From positions 1-35,605 of the IMG/VR virus record IMGVR_UViG_3300032243_000269: a stretch of 35,605 nucleotides of DNA; one strand, written 5' to 3'. Source of the DNA: a virus. Lineage: Duplodnaviria; Caudoviricetes. Within the stretch, counting starts at the first letter, position 1, and every line of letters begins with the position of its first letter. Positions 18,536 through 25,972 of this stretch are shown here, piece by piece. A program made the translations under genes and the position numbers. The notes under the pieces are model-generated. The model saw only the letters and a list, made by a program, of their open reading frames with translations, was not told the origin of the DNA and did not search any database.

Positions 18536-18982
18536 TTAGTACCAGCCGTGTTTACGGTGGTGTGCCCAAGCGATAGACGGACGTCCATATTTATGTTCTA
18601 TGTAAGCCAGTCCCCGCTCAATCTGTAGCGGGGCTGGCGCTTTAGGGTCCATTCCTAGTATCTGTGGAATACCACCCGCATTCTTACCTGTGTTTCTGTC
18701 TGCACTCTTATTGAAAGCATCATGCCTCCAGTTAGATTCAGCAGTCCACAATTTATTCAGAGCTATAAACTCTGATGAGTTCCAGTCGTACTTTAAATCC
18801 ATATAGGCACGTGCATAGTTCTTAGCAAGGCGTGCTGTCCAGAAAGAGTTAGGTACTTCCTTACACTCTGGCAAACTACCTACTGCTATTGCATATGCCT
18901 TTGATGGAAAGCCAATCAATCCAGTTGCTATCAACCACATAGAACTTAAGATAGATACGTTACGTTTAACTATATCTTTCAT
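18536..18982 (-). CDS. secreted/membrane lytic transglycosylase (SLT-like)
   Basis: N-terminal hydrophobic signal ending AYA; LW..ESNW...A.N...AGGIPQ...QI.RGL.YI..KYG...AW.H....WY. Confidence 0.85.
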   Translation of the reverse strand: MKDIVKRNVSILSSMWLIATGLIGFPSKAYAIAVGSLPECKEVPNSFWTARLAKNYARAYMDLKYDWNSSEFIALNKLWTAESNWRHDAFNKSADRNTGKNAGGIPQILGMDPKAPAPLQIERGLAYIEHKYGRPSIAWAHHRKHGWY

Positions 18983-19113
18983 TCATCCTCCCACATACGG
19001 TCAGGTAAACCTGAATCATCCTCATCACATACGCATTCCTCCCGGTCACAACCATCACATGGTTTAGTATCCAATGCAGCTTCATCACCTTCTAAATACC
19101 TAGGCTCACTCAT
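18979..19113 (-). CDS. small acidic Cys-rich protein (44 aa)
   Basis: MSEPRYLEGDEAALDTKPCDGCDREECVCDEDDSGLPDRMWEDE; TAATG and ATGA overlaps; not in the track. Confidence 0.7.
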   Translation of the reverse strand: MSEPRYLEGDEAALDTKPCDGCDREECVCDEDDSGLPDRMWEDE

Positions 19114-19259
19114 TAGTTATGCACCCCATAAGCAAAGCAGATAGTTTGTATTGCTCTAGACAATTCACTGAGGAATTCAGTTTTTTTTTCTTGATTCATA
19201 CCATTAACATCTTTATCATGTATGATTACTTGATATATTATTTCATTCATAGTACTCAT
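19113..19259 (-). CDS. hypothetical protein
   Basis: 3' part of track ORF 19113-19343; start at 19259 or 19250 after GGAG. Confidence 0.55.
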   Translation of the reverse strand: MSTMNEIIYQVIIHDKDVNGMNQEKKTEFLSELSRAIQTICFAYGVHN

Positions 19260-19416
19260 CTCCAATCCATTGAGCTTCATAGCTTTCCTCTTGGTCCATT
19301 GGTGCAAGCCAAGCATTGTGTAACCTGGCTTGTTCAACTGCATCTACTTCATTCAGTGCGGTTACGTCTTGCTCTTGCTCATAGGTGGTAACTTTCCACA
19401 CTTTATACTTAGGCAT
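19243..19416 (-). CDS. hypothetical protein (57 aa)
   Basis: MPKYKVWKVTTYEQEQDVTALNEVDAVEQAR...DEYYE; AAGGA RBS; not in the track. Confidence 0.65.
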   Translation of the reverse strand: MPKYKVWKVTTYEQEQDVTALNEVDAVEQARLHNAWLAPMDQEESYEAQWIGDEYYE

Positions 19417-19567
19417 TGACATGTCCTTCAGTTAATAGTCCGTCAAGTAAATCACCAGCTGTCTCAACTAATAATCTATCTGTCTTATTAAGTTGGACGC
19501 CAGAGTTACCTACCTTGTAGCATGCTTGAATCATCTGCTTGATTTCCTCTTGCTTGTATCCTAGCAT
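19409..19567 (-). CDS. hypothetical protein (52 aa)
   Basis: MLGYKQEEIKQMI...DLLDGLLTEGHVNA; GGAGG RBS; not in the track. Confidence 0.7.
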   Translation of the reverse strand: MLGYKQEEIKQMIQACYKVGNSGVQLNKTDRLLVETAGDLLDGLLTEGHVNA

Positions 19568-19639
19568 TGTTATCCTCCATTTCTTTTAGTTGTTTGATTA
19601 GATAGTTAAGTTGGTCATACATATCTAGTTGTTCATCCA

Positions 19640-19864
19640 TCATACTCTCCATGTCTGTCTCATTATAGGCTCACCAGTGCTGACTCGAATAAGTGCAACA
19701 CCTGCTGTATATCTTGCTCCTGAGTTGAAGTTGAGTTCATTTTTCCAACATGCAAGAGCGGCATCGTAATCGTCAAAATACATGACATAACTATCTGGTC
19801 TGTGGTCTGTATACGTGACGACTTTATACTCACGGATTTCTTCTGCGATATCATTCAGATACAT
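19640..19864 (-). CDS. hypothetical protein
   Basis: 74-aa ORF tiling in the early cluster. Confidence 0.6.
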   Translation of the reverse strand: MYLNDIAEEIREYKVVTYTDHRPDSYVMYFDDYDAALACWKNELNFNSGARYTAGVALIRVSTGEPIMRQTWRV

Positions 19865-20063
19865 TGGTCACACGCACAGGCATAACGTAATCTACTTTAG
19901 CCCATTGACCTTTAGCGTTGACATCTACTAGCCATCTATCTAACAGCTCGGTAATTGTCTGGTCGCATATAGATTGTAGTGCTTCTTCACTATACTTTTT
20001 AAGTTCAGGCATCTTACTGATGTCTAGGTTATGCCTGAATACTAATGCTGTGTATATCTCCAC
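19851..20063 (-). CDS. hypothetical protein
   Basis: GTG start after AAGGAG; 70 aa. Confidence 0.6.
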   Translation of the reverse strand: MEIYTALVFRHNLDISKMPELKKYSEEALQSICDQTITELLDRWLVDVNAKGQWAKVDYVMPVRVTNVSE

Positions 20064-20072
20064 GTTATCTCC

Positions 20073-20198
20073 TTATTTTTTTAGCTCGCGTAGTTTACGA
20101 GTCAGTTGAGCATTTTTAATAGCAGTAGTAATTACTAATGTAATACTTAACGTCAATGCAATTATAATTGCTATTGTATCTGTTATCTCGATGTACAT
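20073..20198 (-). CDS. small single-pass membrane protein (41 aa)
   Basis: MYIEITDTIAIIIALTLSITLVITTAIKNAQLTRKLRELKK; GGAG RBS before ATG 20198. Confidence 0.7.
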   Translation of the reverse strand: MYIEITDTIAIIIALTLSITLVITTAIKNAQLTRKLRELKK

Positions 20199-20224
20199 AT
20201 TTACTCCGTTTCTATTAGGTTGGG

Positions 20225-20255
20225 CTGCGCCCAAGGCAATTGCTGCTGGGCGCAG
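20225..20255. promoter_or_regulatory. GC-rich intergenic hairpin
   Basis: CTGCGCCCA / TGGGCGCAG perfect 9-bp stem, no U-tract. Confidence 0.5.
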
Positions 20256-20269
20256 ACCAGTATGATTGT

Positions 20270-20389
20270 TTATATAATAGGTTTCATCTTCCAGCATTTA
20301 CAACACTGTCTTACTTCAAGCCAGTAGTTGTTATGCCAATGGTGGAAATGAAACTTACCTACAGGTTTAGGGAAATGACAGTCTTTCAT
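20270..20389 (-). CDS. tiny His/Cys-rich protein (39 aa)
   Basis: MKDCHFPKPVGKFHFHHWHNNYWLEVRQCCKCWKMKPII; ATGA overlap with the upstream ORF. Confidence 0.5.
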   Translation of the reverse strand: MKDCHFPKPVGKFHFHHWHNNYWLEVRQCCKCWKMKPII

Positions 20390-20457
20390 CTTCCACATCC
20401 TTTACATTCAGGGCGAAGGCAATCGCCACAGATTACAGGCTTATCTATATCTGTCAT
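20386..20457 (-). CDS. tiny CxxC-CxxC peptide (23 aa)
   Basis: MTDIDKPVICGDCLRPECKGCGR; ATGA overlaps at both ends. Confidence 0.5.
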   Translation of the reverse strand: MTDIDKPVICGDCLRPECKGCGR

Positions 20458-20855
20458 GATACATACTCATCACAGTTGACGCATTTAGTTTGAGCAAGGG
20501 TAGTCAGATGACACCAAGCACAGACTAATTCATTATTATGTATATCTAGGTCGTCAGATTCTGCGACTGATTCCATGCGAGCCTGAATCTCGCCTTCATA
20601 GAACTCCTTGCGGAGTATGGGCTCACCATACTTGTCGAACCCAACAATCTGAACAGAGCTTACCCAGTCATGATTGCTGGACTGAACCAAGTCAGCGTTA
20701 TACACGTGACCCAGACGCCCGTCAGGACGGGAGTCTTCATGGTCACGGTCATATGCCTTAGGGTATTCTTCATTTTCATCAGGCACATCTAATAAGTACT
20801 TAATGAATTTCTCGTACTCATCGTCATTGTATGCAGTTATTCCGATACTAGTCAT
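20454..20855 (-). CDS. acidic hypothetical protein with a C-terminal zinc ribbon
   Basis: AGAAAGGAAAG RBS; CAWC...CVNC. Confidence 0.7.
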   Translation of the reverse strand: MTSIGITAYNDDEYEKFIKYLLDVPDENEEYPKAYDRDHEDSRPDGRLGHVYNADLVQSSNHDWVSSVQIVGFDKYGEPILRKEFYEGEIQARMESVAESDDLDIHNNELVCAWCHLTTLAQTKCVNCDEYVS

Positions 20856-20949
20856 TCTACTTTCCTTTCTGTATAAAGTTCAGCCTGTCTGACTGAACTG
20901 TTGGCGCTGACATGTATAGCAGGTCTGTACGATGCTATACATAGCAGTG

Positions 20950-20995
20950 AAAAAAAACAGGAAGCCTATCCACGTTAGCAGATAGGCTTCCTGTT
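20950..20995 (-). terminator. intrinsic terminator after the SSB-like gene
   Basis: AACAGGAAGCCTATC / GATAGGCTTCCTGTT perfect 15-bp stem running into a T8 tract on the minus strand. Confidence 0.9.
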
Positions 20996-21004
20996 ACAGA
21001 CTGC

Positions 21005-21373
21005 CTAAATAGACAGACTTTCTAGCATATAGTTGGTTATCCACTTGTCGCCGACCTTGTTGGTTCTTAACCAACCAGATACATTGACACGGTGTTTTGC
21101 TGATGTTTTAGCAGGCTTGCGCTCACGTGTATCAGCGTCTTCGCCGTCGAAGTGCAGGTCCCCACCGCTTAACTCAGGGTTTGTAGCGGTGCTTTCCAGC
21201 GCTTTTAGGCTGGCGACTGCGTCGAATGAACGGAATGGCAGAGAGGCTTCGAACTTGCCCTTTTCATCTCGAAGTATCAAGATGCCGCTTGCGTAAGCGT
21301 TGCCGTTCTTTGCAGTACGGAAGTTCAACGCAGCAAGTTCTGCGTCTTCGAACGTGATTTTGTTGCGGTTCAT
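21005..21373 (-). CDS. putative OB-fold single-stranded DNA-binding-like protein
   Basis: ATG 21373 after AAAGGAGA; pattern FRTAKNGNAYASGIL...LPFRSF...RVNVSGWLRT...W...Y resembles SSB/PriB OB folds; no acidic tail. Confidence 0.5.
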   Translation of the reverse strand: MNRNKITFEDAELAALNFRTAKNGNAYASGILILRDEKGKFEASLPFRSFDAVASLKALESTATNPELSGGDLHFDGEDADTRERKPAKTSAKHRVNVSGWLRTNKVGDKWITNYMLESLSI

Positions 21374-21595
21374 TTTTTCTCCTTTGTAGTTTTCAAGGTA
21401 CTTCTGCCCGCTTATGGCGAGCAAGAATCCGCTTTGCCGCAGACTGGGTGCCTGTCCTGTCAAGGACGACACGCTGCAAGCGTGGCGCAGCTCTGCTGCT
21501 TGTCCTTGCGGGATGGGCTGTCTGTGGCAGGATTTGCTGCTCGCTATGGGCTGAAGGACCTGCTCCTGAAAACTGCAAAGTCAGAATAAAATGAA
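21369..21595 (+). other. ~227-nt rod-like imperfect inverted repeat (structured ssDNA or RNA element)
   Basis: Eight nested helices read by eye, 8 G-T pairs on the + strand, forked apex; see findings. Confidence 0.85.
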
Positions 21596-21617
21596 GCGCC
21601 AAAACACGGAAGAAGCG

Positions 21618-21953
21618 TCAGGACTTGTGGAGGGAACTGGAGGACTGCTGGCAACGCTGAGCGGCATCTACCGAGATGGGGCAAGGAGAAGCCGTGCCAT
21701 GGAGTTCATGACAGCGTCGCCTGCCGTTGCTGGATGCCGCTACAAGACTGAGTTGGTGGGGGCACTTGACAGGCGAACGCTGATGTGAGCGCTGCTAAAA
21801 CTCAGCAGCCGTGGCACTGGTTGGTTGAAACCAACATGGCAGAGACAGCATAGGATAATCAACCCATGCTGGAAAATTCTATTTAAAGGCAGGCGCACAG
21901 GGAGACTATAGGTGTGGAGAGAGCAGTCCTAGGCAGACGCACTGCTATAGGAC
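21618..21953 (+). ncRNA. candidate structured non-coding RNA/ssDNA domain
   Basis: GC-rich non-coding stretch with many complementary segments, some crossing; family not recognised. Confidence 0.4.
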
Positions 21954-22128
21954 AGGCATAGCAGCACTGACTTGACCCGGAGACTTATTAACCAGGCAGT
22001 GAATGTAATACTGTATCTCTCCTAAAAATTATTTGTGGTTATAGTTACCTTTGCCCCCTGTCAAACTGGTACAAAATAGGACATAACGACCTACTTAGCA
22101 TAGGAAATAAAAATACTTTAAAATAAAA

Positions 22129-22222
22129 CGTCCGTTTTACCCGTTTGGACGGATTAGTACTGTATGTAGCAGTAAGTTATTCGCCAGGCTTTTATATAGC
22201 CTGGCTCATACAGTTACAGTAC
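22129..22222 (+). promoter_or_regulatory. structured leader upstream of terminase (late promoter/packaging region)
   Basis: CGTCCG/TGGACG, ACTGTATG/CATACAGT and GCCAGGCT/AGCCTGGC stems after an AT-rich tract. Confidence 0.45.
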
Positions 22223-22270
22223 AGGTGTTACAGACAGTGTAGGACGGCGAAAGACTATCTAAAGGACACC

Positions 22271-24160
22271 ATGACATTCAAAGCTGGCGAGGAGCATTTC
22301 AAGGTTAAGGCTCTAGCCGAGGCAAAAGCTAAGGTTATAGAATTAGTTAGCCAAGGGGCTACTACCCACCAAGCTATGAACATGGCTGGCAAGAAACCGG
22401 ATACGGTTCGTCAGTGGATGCTTAGGGATGCTAACTTTGCAAAGGAGTTGGCTAAGGCTAAGGAACTAGGTGAGAGTCTCACTCTAGCTAACCTAGGGTA
22501 TGACAAGAAAGATTTACCCTTTGCTGAATTTTCAAAAAATTTTTTAGACCAGACAGTCTTCCCACATCATCAAGACTGGGTCGACCTGTTAGAGGGACGG
22601 GAACCTTCTTGGCTTCACCCTAGCATGATATATGACAAGGCTGATAAGTCTAGGATTCTTATTAACGTGCCACCGGAGCACGCTAAGAGCACGGTTATTA
22701 CCGTGAACTACTCAACATACCGTATCGCTCTCGACCCTAATGTTAGAATCATCGTTGTTTCTAAGACACTGATAAAGGCACGAGAATACGTGTACGCAAT
22801 CAAGCAACGTCTCTCACATCCAAGATGGCTTAAGATGCAAAACGCATTTGGTCCTCAAGGTGGATGGAAAGAAGACGCAGATACTTGGCGAACCGATACA
22901 GTGTATCTCGGGAGCGATGCTCGTAACTCAAGTGAGAAAGACCCTACCATTCAAGCACTAGGTATGGGTGGGCAGATTTATGGAGCCCGTGCAGATTTAA
23001 TTATTCTTGACGACGTGATAACCACAGCCAATGCCCATGAATGGGAAAAACAACTGAACTGGCTACAAAAAGAAGTTATCACTCGTCTCGGCAAAAACGG
23101 CAAGCTATTAATAGTGGGGACTAGAATTGCGCCAAGTGACCTATATAAGGAACTTCGTAGTCCTGAGCATTGGTCTGGTGGTAAGTCTCCCTTTACTTAT
23201 ATGGGTATGCCTGCTGTACTTGAGTACGATGTTGACCCAAAAAATTGGGTTACGCTTTGGAAAGAATCAGATGTCCCATGGGATGGCGATGAAACAGTAC
23301 CTCCCAACGAAGCTGGATATTATCCCAAGTGGGATGGACAAACATTATTTAAACGTCGTTCCGAAGTTACTCCTACTACGTGGGCTCTTGTTTACCAACA
23401 AGAAGACGTACAAGAAAACTCTATCTTCCCACCAGCTTTGGTACAGGGAAGCATACTCGGGGCTAGAAGAGTCGGACCTTTAAAGCCAGGGGTACAAGGC
23501 CATCCTAAGAACGTTGAAGGCTACACCATTATTGGTATGGACCCAGCTATTGCTGGCCATGCAGCTTTAGTTGCAATAACTTTTAATAGAGCTGATGGTC
23601 GTATCTACGTACTAGATTGTTTAAACATGGCAGAGCCTAGTTACCAAAAGATACGTGATGCTATAGAAGCTATGACTATCAAATATAAACCCCAAGAAAT
23701 ACGAATCGAAATTAACGCATTTCAGAAAGCATTTGAATTAGATGACAGCTTACGGCAATGGCTTGCTGGATACGGCGTACGGCTTAGTTCTCACCATACA
23801 GGAAAGAACAAATGGGACTCGAATTTTGGAGTTGCCTCCATCTCAAGCTTATTCGGAACTACTCAAGACGGTAAGTTTCAAAACAACAACCTCATTGAAC
23901 TACCATCAAGTGAGGGCTCAGAAGGAATCAAAGCTTTAGTACAACAGTTAATTACTTGGAAACCAGACACTAGAGGTAAGACCGACTGTGTTATGGCTTT
24001 ATGGTTTGCAATTATTAGGGCAAGAGAATTGATTCAAAGCGGTACAAGGATAACACCTTATTTAGATAATAGATGGGCTACTAGAGCTCAAATGGAAAAA
24101 AGAAACTCAATCAACTTAGACGATGCTTTTAATGAGCAATGGTCTGAAATATACGGTTAG
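22271..24160 (+). CDS. terL: terminase large subunit with an N-terminal HTH extension
   Basis: ATG 22271 after AAAGGA; Walker A-like PPEHAKS, GARADLIILDD, VGTR, YQQ, nuclease IGMDPA, EINAFQ, TDCVMA. Confidence 0.9.
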   Translation: MTFKAGEEHFKVKALAEAKAKVIELVSQGATTHQAMNMAGKKPDTVRQWMLRDANFAKELAKAKELGESLTLANLGYDKKDLPFAEFSKNFLDQTVFPHHQDWVDLLEGREPSWLHPSMIYDKADKSRILINVPPEHAKSTVITVNYSTYRIALDPNVRIIVVSKTLIKAREYVYAIKQRLSHPRWLKMQNAFGPQGGWKEDADTWRTDTVYLGSDARNSSEKDPTIQALGMGGQIYGARADLIILDDVITTANAHEWEKQLNWLQKEVITRLGKNGKLLIVGTRIAPSDLYKELRSPEHWSGGKSPFTYMGMPAVLEYDVDPKNWVTLWKESDVPWDGDETVPPNEAGYYPKWDGQTLFKRRSEVTPTTWALVYQQEDVQENSIFPPALVQGSILGARRVGPLKPGVQGHPKNVEGYTIIGMDPAIAGHAALVAITFNRADGRIYVLDCLNMAEPSYQKIRDAIEAMTIKYKPQEIRIEINAFQKAFELDDSLRQWLAGYGVRLSSHHTGKNKWDSNFGVASISSLFGTTQDGKFQNNNLIELPSSEGSEGIKALVQQLITWKPDTRGKTDCVMALWFAIIRARELIQSGTRITPYLDNRWATRAQMEKRNSINLDDAFNEQWSEIYG

Positions 24161-24167
24161 GACTTAA

Positions 24168-25958
24168 ATGGCATTAGATATGAAACAGATAACCGCAAGA
24201 GTTGATTCTCTGCGTTATCGTTCTACAGAAAGAGATGCACGCAATCTAGATGTACTTTCTGTTCGTCAAGGAAAAATCTCAGAAGTTTATCCTAACTTTT
24301 TTCCAAGTGGCATAGACCAGAACGTAGTAGCTAACTTTATTGATATTGTTGCAAGAGACCTTGCAGAAGTTATGGCTCCACTACCTGCTGTTAATTGCTC
24401 AGCAGTAAATCAAGTTTCAGATAGAGCACGTCAGTTTGCAGACAAACGTACAAGAATTGCTGCTAACTATTTCCGTCATTCAGATTTGCAAGTAAATATG
24501 TACAACGGTGCGGATATGTACATAACATATGGTTTTCTTCCTTTCATCATTGAGTTAGATGAAGAAGCAAGATTGCCACGAATTAGATTAGAAAATCCTA
24601 TTGGGGCTTACCCAGAGTTTGACCGGTACGGTCGTTGTATAGCATTTGCAAAACGTTACACCCTTACCTTAGGTGAGTTAGTTAGCCAGTTCCCTGAGTT
24701 TGAATCACCACTCCTAGGCTCAGAGGGTTATAGTCAAAATCTTAATCATCAGATAGAGATGATTCGTTACTACGATAAAGACCAATCAGTTATTTATATA
24801 CCAGCAAGAAGGAATCTAGTTCTATCAAGAGCAAGTAATCCTTTGGGTAAAATGAATGTAATCATTGCTAGACGCCCAGGCGTTGATGGTGAGCTTCGTG
24901 GACAGTTTGATGATGTATTAGGAATTCAGTTACTTCGTAACCGCTTTGCTTTACTTGCAATGGAGGCTGCAGAGAAATCTGTTCAAGCTCCAATTGTATT
25001 ACCAAGCGATGTACAGGAATTACAATTAGGCGGAGACGCTGTAATTCGTACAAACAATCCAGCAGGTGTTAGACGTGTTGAACTTAATCTCCCACAAGGA
25101 GCTTTTACAGAACAACAACTTCTAAACGAAGAGCTTCGTGTAGGAGCTCGTTACCCTGAGTCACGTACTGGAAACGTTAAAGCTTCAATTATTACTGGCG
25201 AAGGTGTGCAAGCACTATTAGGTGCCTTTGATACACAGGTTAAGTCAGCACAATCTATATTTACTACAGCATTACGTGATGTTATTTCTCTTTGCTTTGA
25301 GGTAGATGAGAAATTATTTAACGTAGAAAAAACAATTCGTGGTACCGATGCCGGTGCACCTTATGCGGTTACATATACACCTACAAAAGATATCAAGGGT
25401 GATTACTCAGCCGATGTAAGATACGGAATGTTGGCTGGTTTAAATCCAGCACAAGGACTTATCTTCATGCTTCAAGCTCTTGGCGGAAAGCTTATCTCTA
25501 AAGATATGGCTATGCGTGAGTTGCCATTTAACGTCAACGTCACCTTAGAACAAGAGCGTATTGAAACAGAAGATATGCGAGCTGCATTGATTGGTTCATT
25601 GCAAGCTTACGCACAAGCAATACCTCAACTCGCTGCCCAGGGCGGTGACCCCAGCACTATTGTTAATAAGATAGCTGAAGTCATTAGGCAACGTCAGAAA
25701 GGCATAGCAATTGAAGATGCCATCAGTGAGGTATTTGCACCAGAGAATCCTCCAGCTGGTGGCGCACCATCGGTCGAGCAGCCGTCCGTCCCCTCTGCTC
25801 CCGGCGCTCCAGTTGGAGGCTCACAACCACAAGAAGCACCACCAGGACCAGGAATGGTTCAACAAAGACCAGAATTACAAACTTTACTTAGTAGCTTAAA
25901 CGCTACAGGCAAAGTGGGAAGTAGTGTAAGAACAAGTAATCGTCGTCAAGTAGGTTAA
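24168..25958 (+). CDS. portal protein
   Basis: 596 aa, helical, directly after terminase; Pro/Gln-rich C-terminal tail typical of podovirus-type portals. Confidence 0.8.
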   Translation: MALDMKQITARVDSLRYRSTERDARNLDVLSVRQGKISEVYPNFFPSGIDQNVVANFIDIVARDLAEVMAPLPAVNCSAVNQVSDRARQFADKRTRIAANYFRHSDLQVNMYNGADMYITYGFLPFIIELDEEARLPRIRLENPIGAYPEFDRYGRCIAFAKRYTLTLGELVSQFPEFESPLLGSEGYSQNLNHQIEMIRYYDKDQSVIYIPARRNLVLSRASNPLGKMNVIIARRPGVDGELRGQFDDVLGIQLLRNRFALLAMEAAEKSVQAPIVLPSDVQELQLGGDAVIRTNNPAGVRRVELNLPQGAFTEQQLLNEELRVGARYPESRTGNVKASIITGEGVQALLGAFDTQVKSAQSIFTTALRDVISLCFEVDEKLFNVEKTIRGTDAGAPYAVTYTPTKDIKGDYSADVRYGMLAGLNPAQGLIFMLQALGGKLISKDMAMRELPFNVNVTLEQERIETEDMRAALIGSLQAYAQAIPQLAAQGGDPSTIVNKIAEVIRQRQKGIAIEDAISEVFAPENPPAGGAPSVEQPSVPSAPGAPVGGSQPQEAPPGPGMVQQRPELQTLLSSLNATGKVGSSVRTSNRRQVG

Positions 25959-25972
25959 ATTGGACAGGGGAC

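Noticed and set aside
19506-19643. Possible 45-aa ORF MMDEQLDMYDQLNYLIKQLKEME... on the minus strand
   Set aside because: It has an ATGA overlap upstream but overlaps the next gene by 62 bp and has no motif; plausible but not supportable
21393-21788. Track ORFs 21393-21602 (-), 21591-21788 (+) and the extension of 21005-21472
   Set aside because: No convincing RBS or motifs; the region is better explained by the inverted-repeat structure, and the RBS points to ATG 21373
21600-21960. tRNA or tmRNA in the non-coding gap
   Set aside because: No cloverleaf or T-loop GTTC(G)A in a proper stem context was recognised
22145-22270. TTG start of terminase at 22145
   Set aside because: The extension runs through hairpins; AAAGGA precedes ATG 22271
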